Shown here: positions 40,578 to 52,639 of the stretch, piece after piece | Layout: each line of letters opens with the position of its first letter | Numbering within the stretch: position 1 is the stretch's first letter | Assembly (NCBI RefSeq): GCF_036321535.1 | Contig: NC_087437.1 | Span: 60,638,001-60,702,000 of the forward strand | From: Camelus dromedarius | Taxonomy: Eukaryota | DNA: 64,000 nucleotides | Direction of reading: 5' to 3' | The notes under the pieces: model-generated | What the model was told of the DNA's origin: nothing | Database searches by the model: none | What the model saw: the letters and a program-made list of their open reading frames with translations, nothing else | Position numbers and translations under genes: made by a program

Positions 40578-40655
40578 ATGTCGGGTGGCCTCCTGAAGGC
40601 GCTGCGTAGCGACTCCTACGTCGAGCTGAGCCAGTACCGGGACCAGCACTTCCGG
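40578..40655 (+). CDS. NCBP2: Nuclear cap-binding protein subunit 2 (CBP20), exon 1
   Basis: MSGGLLKALRSDSYVELSQYRDQHFR then CGG|GTGAGA donor. Confidence 0.97.
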
Positions 40656-41047
40656 GTGAGAAAAGCAGGGCCACGAGAAGGGGAGGCCCCGGGCCAGAAC
40701 GCCAAGAATCGGTTTGCTCTTGTCTCATTGTGTCGTCTTGCATTGTCTGGTTTCCCGAAACTCTTAGGGAGGCCTCGGTGCCTGCAGAGGAATGGATGCT
40801 GAAAGGGCGTTTGGATATCACTGTATCCCTTTCTCTGCCCTCTACTAAAAGGAGTCTGGTCCTTGTATAAATTCTTCATAGAATCTGAACACCTCTCTTG
40901 GCAAGGGGTTTGTGGTGGATTGGGATGATTAGAGAAACTAATTCCTAGGTCAGAATTAATGAAAGTTTTTCCCATACTTAGGGATTCTATTTAAGCACAG
41001 CTTTTAAGATTGTGTTGCTTAGATTTTTTCTCTATTTGAAACTCTAG

Positions 41048-41229
41048 GGTGACAATGAAGAACAGGAAAAATTACTAAAGAAAAGCTGTACATTGTATGT
41101 TGGAAATCTTTCCTTTTATACAACTGAAGAACAAATCTATGAACTCTTCAGCAAAAGTGGTGACATAAAGAAAATCATTATGGGCCTGGATAAGATGAAG
41201 AAAACAGCATGTGGGTTCTGCTTTGTGGA
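41048..41229 (+). CDS. NCBP2: CBP20 exon 2 (RRM: RNP2 LYVGNL, RNP1 CGFCFVE)
   Basis: Acceptor CTCTAG|GGT; 182 nt; ends GA|GTATCCTT, a U12-type donor. Confidence 0.97.
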
Positions 41230-43500
41230 GTATCCTTGTCTGATGCAGCTGTTGGCGAAGGGTGGGGCTGAGAGTGGCTGGTTACCTGTTTTGAAAAATG
41301 ACTGAGGCTATTCGCTCATGAGTGTCCTTACACTTACTACCTCTCCTTCCTTAATCTTTTTTTTTTTTTTAATTGAAAAAGTTTTCTTGTAATGGAGGTA
41401 CTGGGGATTGAACCTAGGACCTCATGCATACTAAGCACATGCTCTACCACTGAGCTGTACCGTCCTGTCGTCTACACCTACACTGGGAAAGCTGGTAACA
41501 TTTACATCCTGTTCTGAAATCCACACTTCGTTTGTAGTTGATTAAGAAAAAGGCTTTTGAGAATGTATATGTTCATGGTGTTTCAAAAAGAACTCTTTTA
41601 AGCCCAGAAACAATCAGTTACGAGTCTCATGGTTCTTTCCAGAAGTAATCCTATGGATGTGTGGTAGTGTACTGCATGGACTTTTTTTTTCCCCACTCAT
41701 CTTAGAGATTGAGGTAGATTCACATAGATCTACCTCTTTTTAAGGTAGCTACGTAGTATTTTATTATGTAGATGTATGTAGTTTGATCTTATAAGTCAAA
41801 ATCAAAACTGTATTTATGTGTGACTGTTCTCTCCCTGGAAACTCTCCAAATACTGGACTGTCTGGATTTATCCTGATGTTTTGTTTTTTAACTAATATTT
41901 TTATTTTTGGTCATTTTGTGTGAGAAATTTCCTAGACCTGATCAGACATAACATGTCTTTTGAGTTTTCTTTACTGTACCCTGAATCGTTTCTTTCGGTT
42001 GTGTTTATGCTGTAAATCTCTTTATTCTGGTGATCCCTGGGTTTCTGGTCATAATCAGGGGAAAGAAGGCTGACTTAGTGGAACCAGGTAGGGCTGCTTA
42101 AGTTGCTGCCTTGCCTTTGGGACATACGGGTTTCTCAAATGCTAGCTTGAAAAGGGATTTTATTTTGGCATGCTAACATCAAAGACAATGCCCTAGTTCC
42201 TCCAGACAGTTAGTTCAGAACCCTGTCATTTTATTTTTATTTGCCTTGGATTAAATGCCTTCCTGCCAGCAGGTCGTCTTCCCACATAAAAACCTTTAAT
42301 TAGACCCTATTTGCAGCCTCAATCCTTATTCAACTTTGAATTAAAAGCCTCCTGAATTTGCTGTCTCTTCTTTAAGGCCCTTCAAGAGTACTTTGTACTG
42401 TGACTACTTCATCCATTAGCACTCTTCAGCTTTTACCCAATCTCTAGTCTGCTGATGGCCTCTTCTACTCTTTGAGTCTGTGTTTCTTTTCTGTTGTTTT
42501 AATGGGGGCCTTGAGAAGGAACGAAGGAAAAGTGTGCTCATTCTATCAACTTAAACCAGAAGACCCACTTTGAACCTGTTTTGCACTTTTGATTTTGGAA
42601 TCTGATTTCTGGGTTCTGCAAGCCTCTTCCACAAGGTATGAGTTTCACCGATGGTGACAATAGTGTAAAATAGTTCACAGGGGACAAAAAGGCAAAGAAA
42701 CTCTTAGATAATAACCAGGCTCTAAGAACTGGGGTGTTTTTGCATTTGCCTTGAAGTTCAAAGATCAACGATCTTAAAGGCAAATACCAGAAAGAGGCTG
42801 CCATTCACTGCTAGTGTTTTTTTCTGTGTGCCCTTTAGCATTCATTTTATTCAACAAAAAATTATTGAATGCCCTCTGTGTGCTAGGCATTGTGTAGATA
42901 CTGGACATTGGGATTTCAACAAGTGTTTCCCTACCTGTGTAATTAAAGACAAGGGGAAAAAGCCCAGATCAGTATTTTCTAAACCCAGTTAATAAACATA
43001 ATTGCATAGAGATTTTTTTCTTGAATACCACCCCATAGATTTAGTAGATCTGATGAAATAGGTTTGGAACCATTAATCTGAGTGATACTTCCCTTCTAAT
43101 GAAATATAATGGCAACTCGTAGGTACTGTGACCTCTTTTTACGGTTGTTCTTGAATATATAGCTCCTAATTTGGATGCTACTGTTTCCTTGGATAATAGT
43201 CCGTGGTTTAAGCCTGCACTGAACATATTTTATATTCTGCAAACCAAAATATAGGACCAGATAATTAATAGGATTATCCAGAAAATCATGATCAGTGTAG
43301 CCATGGATAAATGTCATATCTGACTAAGTGCTCCTGGACCAACCTCAAACAGGCCTGTGCAAGCCACATTATTGTCTTTGAACTCCATCAGGTTGGATTG
43401 GTTTTTGTACTTTTTCTTAACTCAGTTTCATTTAGATGTTTTTTCCTCTGTTTATAAAAACGTCTGGAGAAATGCTAATTCCTTAATAATTATACTTAAG
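41230..43500 (+). other. NCBP2: U12-type (minor spliceosome) GT-AG intron, NCBP2 intron 2
   Basis: 5' site GTATCCTT; branch sequence TTCCTTAAT at 43479-43487, branch A 14 nt from the intron end; no polypyrimidine tract. Confidence 0.92.
41357..41465 (-). mobile_element. tRNA-derived SINE (camelid Vic-1-like)
   Basis: T-tract then GGTACTGGGGATTGAACCTAGGACC...CTCTACCACTGAGCTGTAC (reverse B and A boxes); similar to three other copies in the window. Confidence 0.8.
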
Positions 43501-43639
43501 ATACTATTCAAGAGCAGATGCGGAAAATGCCATGCGGTACATAAATGGAACTCGTCTGGATGACCGGATCATTCGCACAGACTGGGATGCGGGCTTTAAA
43601 GAGGGCAGGCAGTATGGCCGTGGGCGATCTGGGGGCCAG
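43501..43639 (+). CDS. NCBP2: CBP20 exon 3
   Basis: [46 protein letters not shown]; 139 nt; CAG|GTATGC donor. Confidence 0.97.
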
Positions 43640-44185
43640 GTATGCAGGAAGGTTCTCCGGGCTCAGCCTTTACCTGGGATTCTGGTCCTAAATGACAAGT
43701 GTTTTGTCAGTTTGCATTTGCTCTTTTGAAAATGACTTCGTGGCTATAACCTTGGCTTGAAGTGAATCTGAAAGCCACCCACTGGGGCTGGTAAATTATT
43801 TTTTAAAACCATTAAATAGTATGATCCATACAACCATTATTGGACTTATGCTAGGGGCTAATATCCCCACCTGCAAGAGTATCTAGAACAAAAGCAAAAA
43901 TACACTGAAATGACTTTTACATTTTTATTTTAAGTATGTTAATATTCTTTGGAATGTGCTATTTTTGAATGCTGGTATGAGCCTGGTGTCTGGTTAAAAA
44001 ACCATGAGATAGTCTTAAATAATTTTGCAGAACAGTTGAGCTTTATATCAGTTGCTCAAAAATTATGCTCTGCTTCAATGTTCACATTATGACACCTGAA
44101 AAAGCTCAGCTGGCTGACATATTTGTGGGGGGCATATCTATTACATCAGTCTTCTCTATACTGTAATGTGTTCTTCTCAATTAAG

Positions 44186-44257
44186 GTACGAGATGAGTAC
44201 CGGCAGGACTATGATGCTGGGAGAGGCGGCTACGGAAAACTGGCCCAAAACCAGTGA
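44186..44257 (+). CDS. NCBP2: CBP20 exon 4, coding part
   Basis: TTAAG|GTA; VRDEYRQDYDAGRGGYGKLAQNQ-stop. Total CDS 78+182+139+72 = 471 nt = 156 aa plus stop. Confidence 0.97.
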   Translation, partial: VRDEYRQDYDAGRGGYGKLAQNQ

Positions 44258-44697
44258 GTGGTGAGAGCCCCATCATGAAAAACTCACTCCTTTGGCCTTT
44301 TGAATTTGACGTGCGTTACCCAAGGTCTGCAAACCTGCCCATTTTTACCAAGCTTTAATCAATGTCTCTACTGAGGTGGAAGCTTCTTCCTGGTCTTCCT
44401 CTTAAAATTATTAAAAGGACAGAATCCGAAAGAATGCCTTTAATTCTGTAGTCTTAGAATCTTGGCTGTGTGTCAGATTATCAGAATGATTTGTTACCAG
44501 GTCAAAAATTGTGCTCCTTAGCAGCAGATTTAATGTATAATGTTGATCTATCAGCCAAAAACTGCACACTTCTTTTTAAACAGTTGGAAAAAAGTTTTAA
44601 AGAGTGTACCATGTTTTACATCTAAGTATGTTCATGGTCTACATCGGGGCCTGGAATTATTGTTTAAAAAATTTTAAGTCTGCATGAGCTGAAGTTT

Positions 44698-44703
44698 AAT
44701 AAA
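44698..44703 (+). terminator. NCBP2: Candidate proximal poly(A) signal of NCBP2
   Basis: AATAAA about 440 nt after the stop codon. Confidence 0.5.
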
Positions 44704-45745
44704 TGGAGTTTTGCTCTATAGCTCTGCTGTAAATTAGAAACAGATGTTTGACAACTGAATTTCTTTCTATGTGGAATTCTAATCACTACAAACAAGAGTC
44801 AAGGGAACCTCCTAAATAGTTGTTACAAAAGTAAGCCTCAGACAGTCCTAGGGGACACCGCTGCTTACATGCTTTAGATGTATCAGGAAATTAGGTACAG
44901 GAATTGGAGGGTATTTACTAAACATATTTTTCAAAAGATGTGTTTTACCTATAAAAAACCAAGGGTCTGTATTATAGGGAACCTTAAGTCTGAGGGCAGG
45001 GGGACACTGTCAATAAGAAACAGATGAAATATCAGGAGCTGTGAGTTAAAACACTGCCTTGATATGATAAAGGTCGCTGTGACAGCCCTCAGATTTTTTT
45101 TCCCCTCCATTTTCGGACTGATCTTGGGAGAGAGTGGGTTTTTTAAAAAAGATTGAAGATACGGGAGAAAGCTTCACAAAAACAATCAGAAATGCTTCCC
45201 TCTGGAAATGTTTTGGCCAATTCTCATTTGAAGTCTTTTTTTCTCTAATTGTGCTAAGTTTCAGAGCCTTGCTAGTGAACTGATGATCTCTACAGATGAG
45301 GGAGTCTAGAGGATTTATTTTGCATTTGTAAGCAAGAGACAATTTTTCTAATATATTATGCTCATTTTAGACAGCTAATCTGTATAATTTTCCCTGATAA
45401 AAGTGAAATTTTTTCATCCAGCAACTAAGTATCTCCTAATTTCCAGTAGTTTGAAGTTGGGGCTGAAGTATCTCAATGTGAACCTCTTTCATGTTACAGT
45501 AAGTGTATATTTTCTCAAATTTAAACTGGCTATTTGAACTTTAAAAGTGCTATCTATAAATTAGTTGTAAGTACTTAGGAACAAACCATTTGCAAATATT
45601 TAATGAGGACATAAATTCATTTTTAAAATCTTTTTACACTGTAGTTTAAAGTAATGTATTTTATATTCTTTTGCACTAAAATATAACTCAGATTTCTATA
45701 GGCCTTAAAACCAGACAGTGGTTCCTGTCTTCTGTAACAGATTTC

Positions 45746-45751
45746 AATAAA
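45746..45751 (+). terminator. NCBP2: Candidate distal poly(A) signal of NCBP2
   Basis: AATAAA followed about 20 nt later by a GT-rich stretch (CCTGTGTTT). Confidence 0.6.
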
Positions 45752-45889
45752 ATTGGACCAACTTATCATTGCCTGTGTTTCCTCACCAATAAGACATTGA
45801 AATGCTCCTACTGTGGAATAATAATGCACTCTTTTTTGGGAAATCTATGAATAATGTGCAGAATTTGTATGTCCATTTGGATTTGACAG

Positions 45890-46058
45890 TTACCTAATAT
45901 GGTAGCCACCAGCCACATGTAGCTAGTTAAATAAAACACTCAGTTCCTCAATCACATTATTCAAATGCTCAACAGCCACCTGGGATTAATGGCTGTTGTA
46001 ATAGGTGCAAATGTAGACCATCTCCATCCCTGCAGAGAATGCTACTGGACACTGTTGT
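45890..46058. mobile_element. MER3/MER33-like hAT relic
   Basis: TAATATGGTAGCCACCAGCCACATGTAGCTA...TTCAAATGCTCAACAGCCAC...GCTACTGGACACTG. Confidence 0.6.
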
Positions 46059-46205
46059 TTTAGGGCAGGCTGCTTACAGCCTACACTGGTCACTGTTCAT
46101 AGATAAGCCTTGTCATGACTAGAATGTCACTGGGAAAAAATTGTTACTCACCAAACAGTTCATGTTATTCAACACGAGAGAACACACATTTATAAAGGTG
46201 TTTAG

Positions 46206-46211
46206 TTTATT
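46206..46211 (-). terminator. SENP5: Candidate distal poly(A) signal of SENP5
   Basis: TTTATT on plus (AATAAA on minus) with a downstream GT-rich element (plus-strand AACACACA); implies a 3' UTR of about 3.2 kb. A proximal signal lies at 48638-48643. Confidence 0.6.
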
Positions 46212-49200
46212 TTTCAAAAAAATATTTTTGCTAGAAGGTTTGAGTAATTTTACATGATCACAATCTTTAAATAAATTCTTTTTCTGACCAAAAGGTACCA
46301 TTTAAGTGGACAGCTTGTCTAGGTCTGCTTAAAGTCCAAATACATTTAGCACTTCTGGTGGTATTCCCTAGGTCATCTTAATTATCTACAGGCTGGGAGG
46401 CAGAGCCTAGCACATAAAGTATGCGCTTTATAACTGCTGATTAGTTCAGTTTCATAACAAGCAGAGCAGGTAGTCAGTATATCTAATTCACACTATTAAC
46501 ACACTGGTTCTCGCCTGAAGGGTCTGATCCACCCAGAGCTCCCAGTTATTTCTTCTAACCCAGGGAAGTCATGAACCACAACTACAGAGAGAAAGGGCAG
46601 CTCAACTTAGGCTAGTGCTGGCTGTGTCCCTGTTAGGTCTGTTATTGTTTTGTTCCAATTATGAATTCAAGATGACCAGTGTTAATAATATTCAATGATA
46701 AGTAGAAAATAAAATGCAAAGCCCAAAAAAAAAAAAAAAAGATTCAGGGACTACTGGCAGCAACTGCTGCTTTTCCTTTCCTTAAGAGGCTCCCTTCCTT
46801 AAGAGAAGGTTGGTTCTCTATGATTTTTGAGAGAATTTAACTAAAAGTTGAACTAAAATCTACACTCACTGCTAAAGATTTAACAAAAGGAAAAAAGCAA
46901 CTAGACTAGTAAGTTTGCTGACGGAGAGGACTGAGCAGCTTGTTGAAGGCACATCATAAGCAGCTTTCAGTTTGTACAAGGCCTGCCCTCAACCCCAAAA
47001 GCATAAGGTCTGCCCACCTTGTGGGCACTCAAGACAATTCAGTGCCAAGCTAGTGACAGTAAAACAATAACTGTCTATACCAACAGCCCAGACTATAATT
47101 TCAAAAACGTTGCAAGGAAGCAATTATTGCAAACATCAGGACAAATGCCATTCTAACGTAGGACTTGGCCTAAATAGAAGTTTTATACCTAATTACAAGA
47201 AGGAGGAAAACCAACTATGTGTGCTAAAACCAAGTTTTATGAACAGAAACATTTGAACCAGACTTAAAATATTTGACATTTAGGCTGAAGCATGCTGGAC
47301 GGTGCACCTCAAGGTGCCCTGTGAAACTGGACATAGAGAGAGACCCTAGAGTTGGGACAGCTCACTGTAGGTTCTGCTCATCCTTGCATGCCTCCCTGCT
47401 GACAGCATGACCACTCTCAGATTACAGGAAATGGTTAAGTCGAGCTTTGGGCCTTAAGATTCTTGCCAGAACATAATTCTGTCTCTTCTGCATGCGTGGT
47501 TCTGTCAGGAAGTGAGATACGGAGCTCTAAAGTATAAGACATTTTTAATTGATAGCTTAGTTACCAAGAAAGAAAACTAGGCAAATATCTTGCATACAGA
47601 TTTGAAAAATCTCATGTTTGCATAACTATGCCTGAAAACCTCAAGAAGACACCCAACTCACTTTGTCACCTTGACTAATGCTGACACAAACCTACCTGTA
47701 GCAGCACAAAATGCCTCTAATCTCAGTCTTTTTAATGAGTTGAAGCACAATAAATACTGACCTGGTTTTGTACTAAAGAGTTTTAGTCTAGGGGACTAGA
47801 AAAGTGCTGGGCTGTTTACAATGTAAACACTGGTACTGGTGCTTGGAATGTCTGGGGAAGGAACCCTGCATGTAAACATGTTCTGACGCCACCCTTAATT
47901 AGAGCTTTTTAGTTTCAACACCCCACACCTAACTAGGCATAAATCCAAGTATCTTCTGCCATTTACTTGGTATTTTTCTGTATAAGCTACTGAGTTTCTT
48001 ATATTTGTTTTTCAAAACTGTCCTAGTTCAGAAAAGATAATTGGTTAGTTTAACATGCATCTTTCCTTATTTATATTTTCCAATACTACAAAAAGCTAAA
48101 GATGCAAGATCCATTACTTTAATCCTAAGGCAATTAAGGTTGAGGACAGGGCCACTAATGCCTTTCCCCAGAAGATGAGGTTCATGGAAGCAAAAAAAAA
48201 AAAAAAAAGGACCCCTGTGCTGGAATCTCAGGGTTGGTCAAGTGGAGGCCAAATGAGCCCTGCACGTCGCTGAGATCACTAAAGAAATAAGAGGGGGAAA
48301 AATCAAAACATTTGCTGTACTCCTGGCAGAATCAAGTCTTCCTAATTACCTTTCTTGTTTTCCCCTTCCCATCCACCTGCAAAAGACATGAAGTCAATCT
48401 TCGGTTTTGAATGTCTATATTTTAAATATCCTTGAAATAGAAAGATATTTGGCAAATCTTAATTTCTTCCATAAAGGAAACAATACAAGGAAAGTGACAA
48501 CTTGTAAATTACTCTTAGAAAGGCTGGGTTCTCATTTGTTTGACCACTAGTTTGACAGATTTTTTTTTTTAATGGGTCAAAAACAAGAAATCCACGGAAT
48601 TCAGCCTTCCAGCAAAAGCCTTTATAAGATTAAAGCATTTATTATTGTTCTTTTTAAAACCAGGATTGAAATCTCTCTTGTGTGAAGATTGACTGGACCC
48701 CCAAGGTCACTGTCTTTTTCTCATACCTTAATCAACTCTTCCCACAGCAGGTACTGCGCTTACAAGTGTGCCTACGTAAACACTCCAGTCAGTTTATGGC
48801 CACTTCCTTTTCACCCTTCAAAAGGAAAGCGACTCTCCTGGAGAGGGAAGTCAGTGAAAGGTCCTGCTGGTAAAGACAAAACGACTGGCTTTGTCAAAAC
48901 CCCTCCTAGCTACTCTTTATGCCCCAGGGAACATCTACTATTCTCAGTTATGTTGTATCAAAAACATCCTGCATTTTTAGGTTCTGGAATTAAAATTTGA
49001 ACCTGTATTCAGTTCACATCTAGCTAAGTTTCAAAAGCTGCACCAAATCTACTAGGCGTTTTTTTTTTTTGTTTTGTTTTTTTAATACTCTGCACTGCAT
49101 GCTCTGTCTATATGCATGCGTTTGGATAATAAATATTAAATATGGGGGAGGGGAGAGACACACAGAATCCATAAAATTAAAAATGAAACCAAACTGAACA

Positions 49201-49382
49201 TTAAAAAATAGTACATGGTAGCTGGAGAAATGAATAAGGGCAAAAAATAAATTTGAGGTAACAAGAGTGGCCCAACACCACTGATCTGAAATATCTGTAA
49301 AAATTCAAATAAGTGTTTGGAGATTCAAGTAACAAACCATCTGCTCCAACTTGGTCAGACTTCCCAGAGTCCCTGCTGAGTT

Positions 49383-49493
49383 TCAGTCCATGAGCCGGCA
49401 CTCACACAGCTCCTTGTAAATCCTCTTCCGCACTCGGGGCATGTCTTCTTGAGAAAACTGGAAAGGCTGCTCTAAGGCGAGGCACTTGCAGTA
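49383..49493 (-). CDS. SENP5: SUMO-specific protease 5, last coding exon
   Basis: [43 protein letters not shown] (111 nt). Confidence 0.96.
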   Translation of the reverse strand, partial: YCKCLALEQPFQFSQEDMPRVRKRIYKELCECRLMD

Positions 49494-50358
49494 CTGCAAA
49501 GGTCCCAGAAACACTTAAGTGGCATGTGGAGTTAGTACCAGCCCAGTGTACTTTACCAGATGCAGATCTCATAGAATAGGCTCTTAGGTGAATGTCAAAG
49601 TCTGTTTAAACTTGTTGTAATTCACATTGTTTTAAAACATTTACCTCCAAATTTTGGTCTATTTCCAGGCAAGGATATGGCCTGGGATTCTCCCTCCCTC
49701 CTCACTCAATATTGTGAAAAGGGGGCTCTGATTTTTCTCAAGATGCAATCTGCTGAGAATGCAGCTAGACTTAACATGGCCGTTTAAACTTGAATTTGTT
49801 CACAAACCCCAGATATTCATTAGTCATATGAATAAGCACATCTTCCAAGATCTTTGCAGTCTCTAAATTCATGGATGACAAACTAATTCCCTTCATAAAT
49901 GTAATGTGTAACACATTTTTCAGTAGCCCTTTGGGACTACTAAGGGAACCTACAGCATGAGAAAAGCACAGTATCTGAATGTGGCACTTGTTTAAAATCT
50001 AATTAGTTTTTACTCTGTGGTTAAAGACCACCTGCTAATGGCTAGAAAAAAAAGTTAATTCTGCAGATGCCAAGGGTCTATGATATGGTCAAATTCAGTC
50101 AGTCTCCAATGTGGCTTACTAATAACCTCTAAGACACAGATGATACCAATTATTCATCTTCAGCCTTAGAAGATTGTTCTTCCTAGTGGTAATATTTGAA
50201 AATGCAGAAATGACTGCTTCCCAGCAACAAAGGAAGAGAGGGAGGAAACATACTCGGTTACTTGTACCTAGTACCATGTACACATCACAGGGATTTCACT
50301 TCTAAGCCCAACAAATTTAATTTACACATTGTAAATAGTGAAAAGGGTATTTCTTTAC

Positions 50359-50409
50359 CTGGAGCACAAATACTCCACAGTCACTGTCATTTTTCTGTTG
50401 TGGAATACA
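50359..50409 (-). CDS. SENP5: SENP5 exon carrying the catalytic Cys
   Basis: CIPQQKNDSDCGVFVLQ (C48 peptidase Q-x-N-x-x-DCG motif); AG/GT flanks; 51 nt. Confidence 0.96.
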
Positions 50410-51892
50410 CTAAAGGGAAAAACAAAATGATCATTAAAGTAAGTCCAAGTATTCCTCTTCAGATAAGAAAAGCTGTTTTTATGGAAAAATGAGCAAGAGA
50501 CAGGAAACCCATCTGTATCCAGGACAGCTGGTGGATACTTCTGGTATTTAAAGTGTTTGAGGCATCTGACCACATGAAAAGACCACAACTTACAGAACAT
50601 TTTGTCTAAATATGAGAAATGGGAAATCAAAATCCTATTTTAAAACTTCCATTTGAATAATCAGTTTTGCTATCAACTTACTGACAATGGAATCAAAATG
50701 GATTTGTGGATGAGAGAATGCACGCCCAGACTCTGAATACTCAAGACAGTAACAATCCTGCTTGGCAGTCTTCACTTTTTTATCACACGTGACACAACTC
50801 TGTCCTGTTCTTTTAAAGAAATCGTAAAGGTAAGCAGTTACATTTTCCAAAGTAATGGTTACTGCATTCTGCCTCAGGTGGTAGGCATATTGGGATATGA
50901 CAGATCCTGACTGAATTTAGGAGAAAACCTGAATATGATAGGTGGGTAAATTCAGAAAATTTACAAGTTCAATTCTGCTTTGAACTAACATGGCAGGTTA
51001 TTTAAAACACAAAACCAAAGTTTAAAAGTTAGCGTTTAGTTCAGTTCAAGGATGAACAAATAAACCTTGTCCCTTTGGGTCTGGGTTAAAGGTTTATTTC
51101 AAGACTCTGCCTCTTTAACGCTGTGTCAATGATCCAGATAGATCTAAGTTCAAGGACCCAACTGCCAGTAGTTTTGATGGCCTTTGAGGAAGGTCACACC
51201 TAGACTGCAGTTTTCTCATCTATAATAGAATAAAGAGGATTCTTATCCCTGAATGACTTGCCTGCCTCATAGACTGTAAGGATCAAATGAGATAATACAT
51301 GCAAAAACATTTTGAAAACAAAGTAGTGACCATAATGTAAGACACTGGTATTTGCGACAAGGTTGAGAGGCTAGGTCTGCTGCTCTGCCCCACATACAGC
51401 TTATTTAATATCTATAGCCAAACACAGTGTTGCTTCTAGACTGTGTTCAGACTGAAGCACTCATACCACTGTCTTCCCCAAATGCCTGGAAAGTAGCCCA
51501 GAGCACTTGCTCCCTTAGTGAATCCAAAGACTCATTACAGTATTTCTCTGGGTCTGTATGAGTCATTCAGAAATAAAGAGCCATGAGGCAAGAGGCAGGT
51601 ACCAACAAAAAATTTTTCTTTTTTTTTTTTTTTTCAATAGGGCAGCCATATCATTAGCAGCTGCCCTTGGGATGAAATGACTGAATTTACTTGTTTCCAG
51701 CAAGCAGTGAGAAATTGGGCAGCCAGATGATGAATACTGAACTGAGATTTATTCTGAGCTACCTCCCTGCAGCCTCCAGACTCTCTGTTGGCATCTTCGT
51801 GACCACTCTTCAAATGCTTTTAAAGACACCCACCCCTTAGATAATTCCATCCCCTTGACATGCCTGGGTTTTCATTTTTATCACATACTTAC

Positions 51893-51976
51893 CTTTGTAA
51901 CAGCAGTCTGCCAACCCTGAAGAAATTCAGGTCTATTTTTTTCTCTGGCTTCAGTCAGCAAATACTTTCTTATATT
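51893..51976 (-). CDS. SENP5: SENP5 internal exon
   Basis: NIRKYLLTEAREKNRPEFLQGWQTAVTK; CCAG| and |GTAAGT; 84 nt. Confidence 0.95.
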
Positions 51977-52639
51977 CTGGTTAAAAAGAAACCACAACAC
52001 AGATGCTGTGTTCCATCAGTTGGTGAAAAATGGAACCTGCCCACAGCAGACAGAAGCAAAGGAGGAGGCTGTGGCCCCACCACTGGGCAGAGAATGCATT
52101 AAAGAGTTTAAAGCTAGAACTTGATTTCAGACCTTTACACTTTATAGTGTGAAGGACTCAGACCTCCTGTACTCATGTATGCACTCAGACTGTAGACAAT
52201 GGTATATGGTTTAATTAGAACTTTTTATGAGATGGTCGGCTTTTTCTAGCAGTAAGTCAAGTTGCTGAATTTGAAGCTTAAATAAATACTGGCAAAACAA
52301 AAAGTCTTAACTACTGCCAATGCTCAACAGAGGGAAGGAACCCATGGCAGAAATCATTAATAATGAAAACTAAGTTAAAAAAAAAAAAAACACTGTAGCC
52401 TTAGATATAGTCTATATTTGTGAGGGCTGCAGGTTAAAAGTATTATTCAGTTTCTAGTAAGTTACACTTAACCCATTCTGGATACTAAATACAGTCAAGT
52501 CCACTGCTGGAACCTCTACCAAGGTAACTAAAGCCTATTAGAGTTTCAAAATTTCCTTTATGCCTTCTACCTCTTTGTGCATATCCTTCTCTGCCTATCT
52601 TTTCTAAGGGTTATGTCAAAGGTCACATGAATGAAATTA

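Noticed and set aside
41230..44185. NCBP2-AS1 lncRNA known from the human locus
   Set aside because: No sequence feature lets me support it here.
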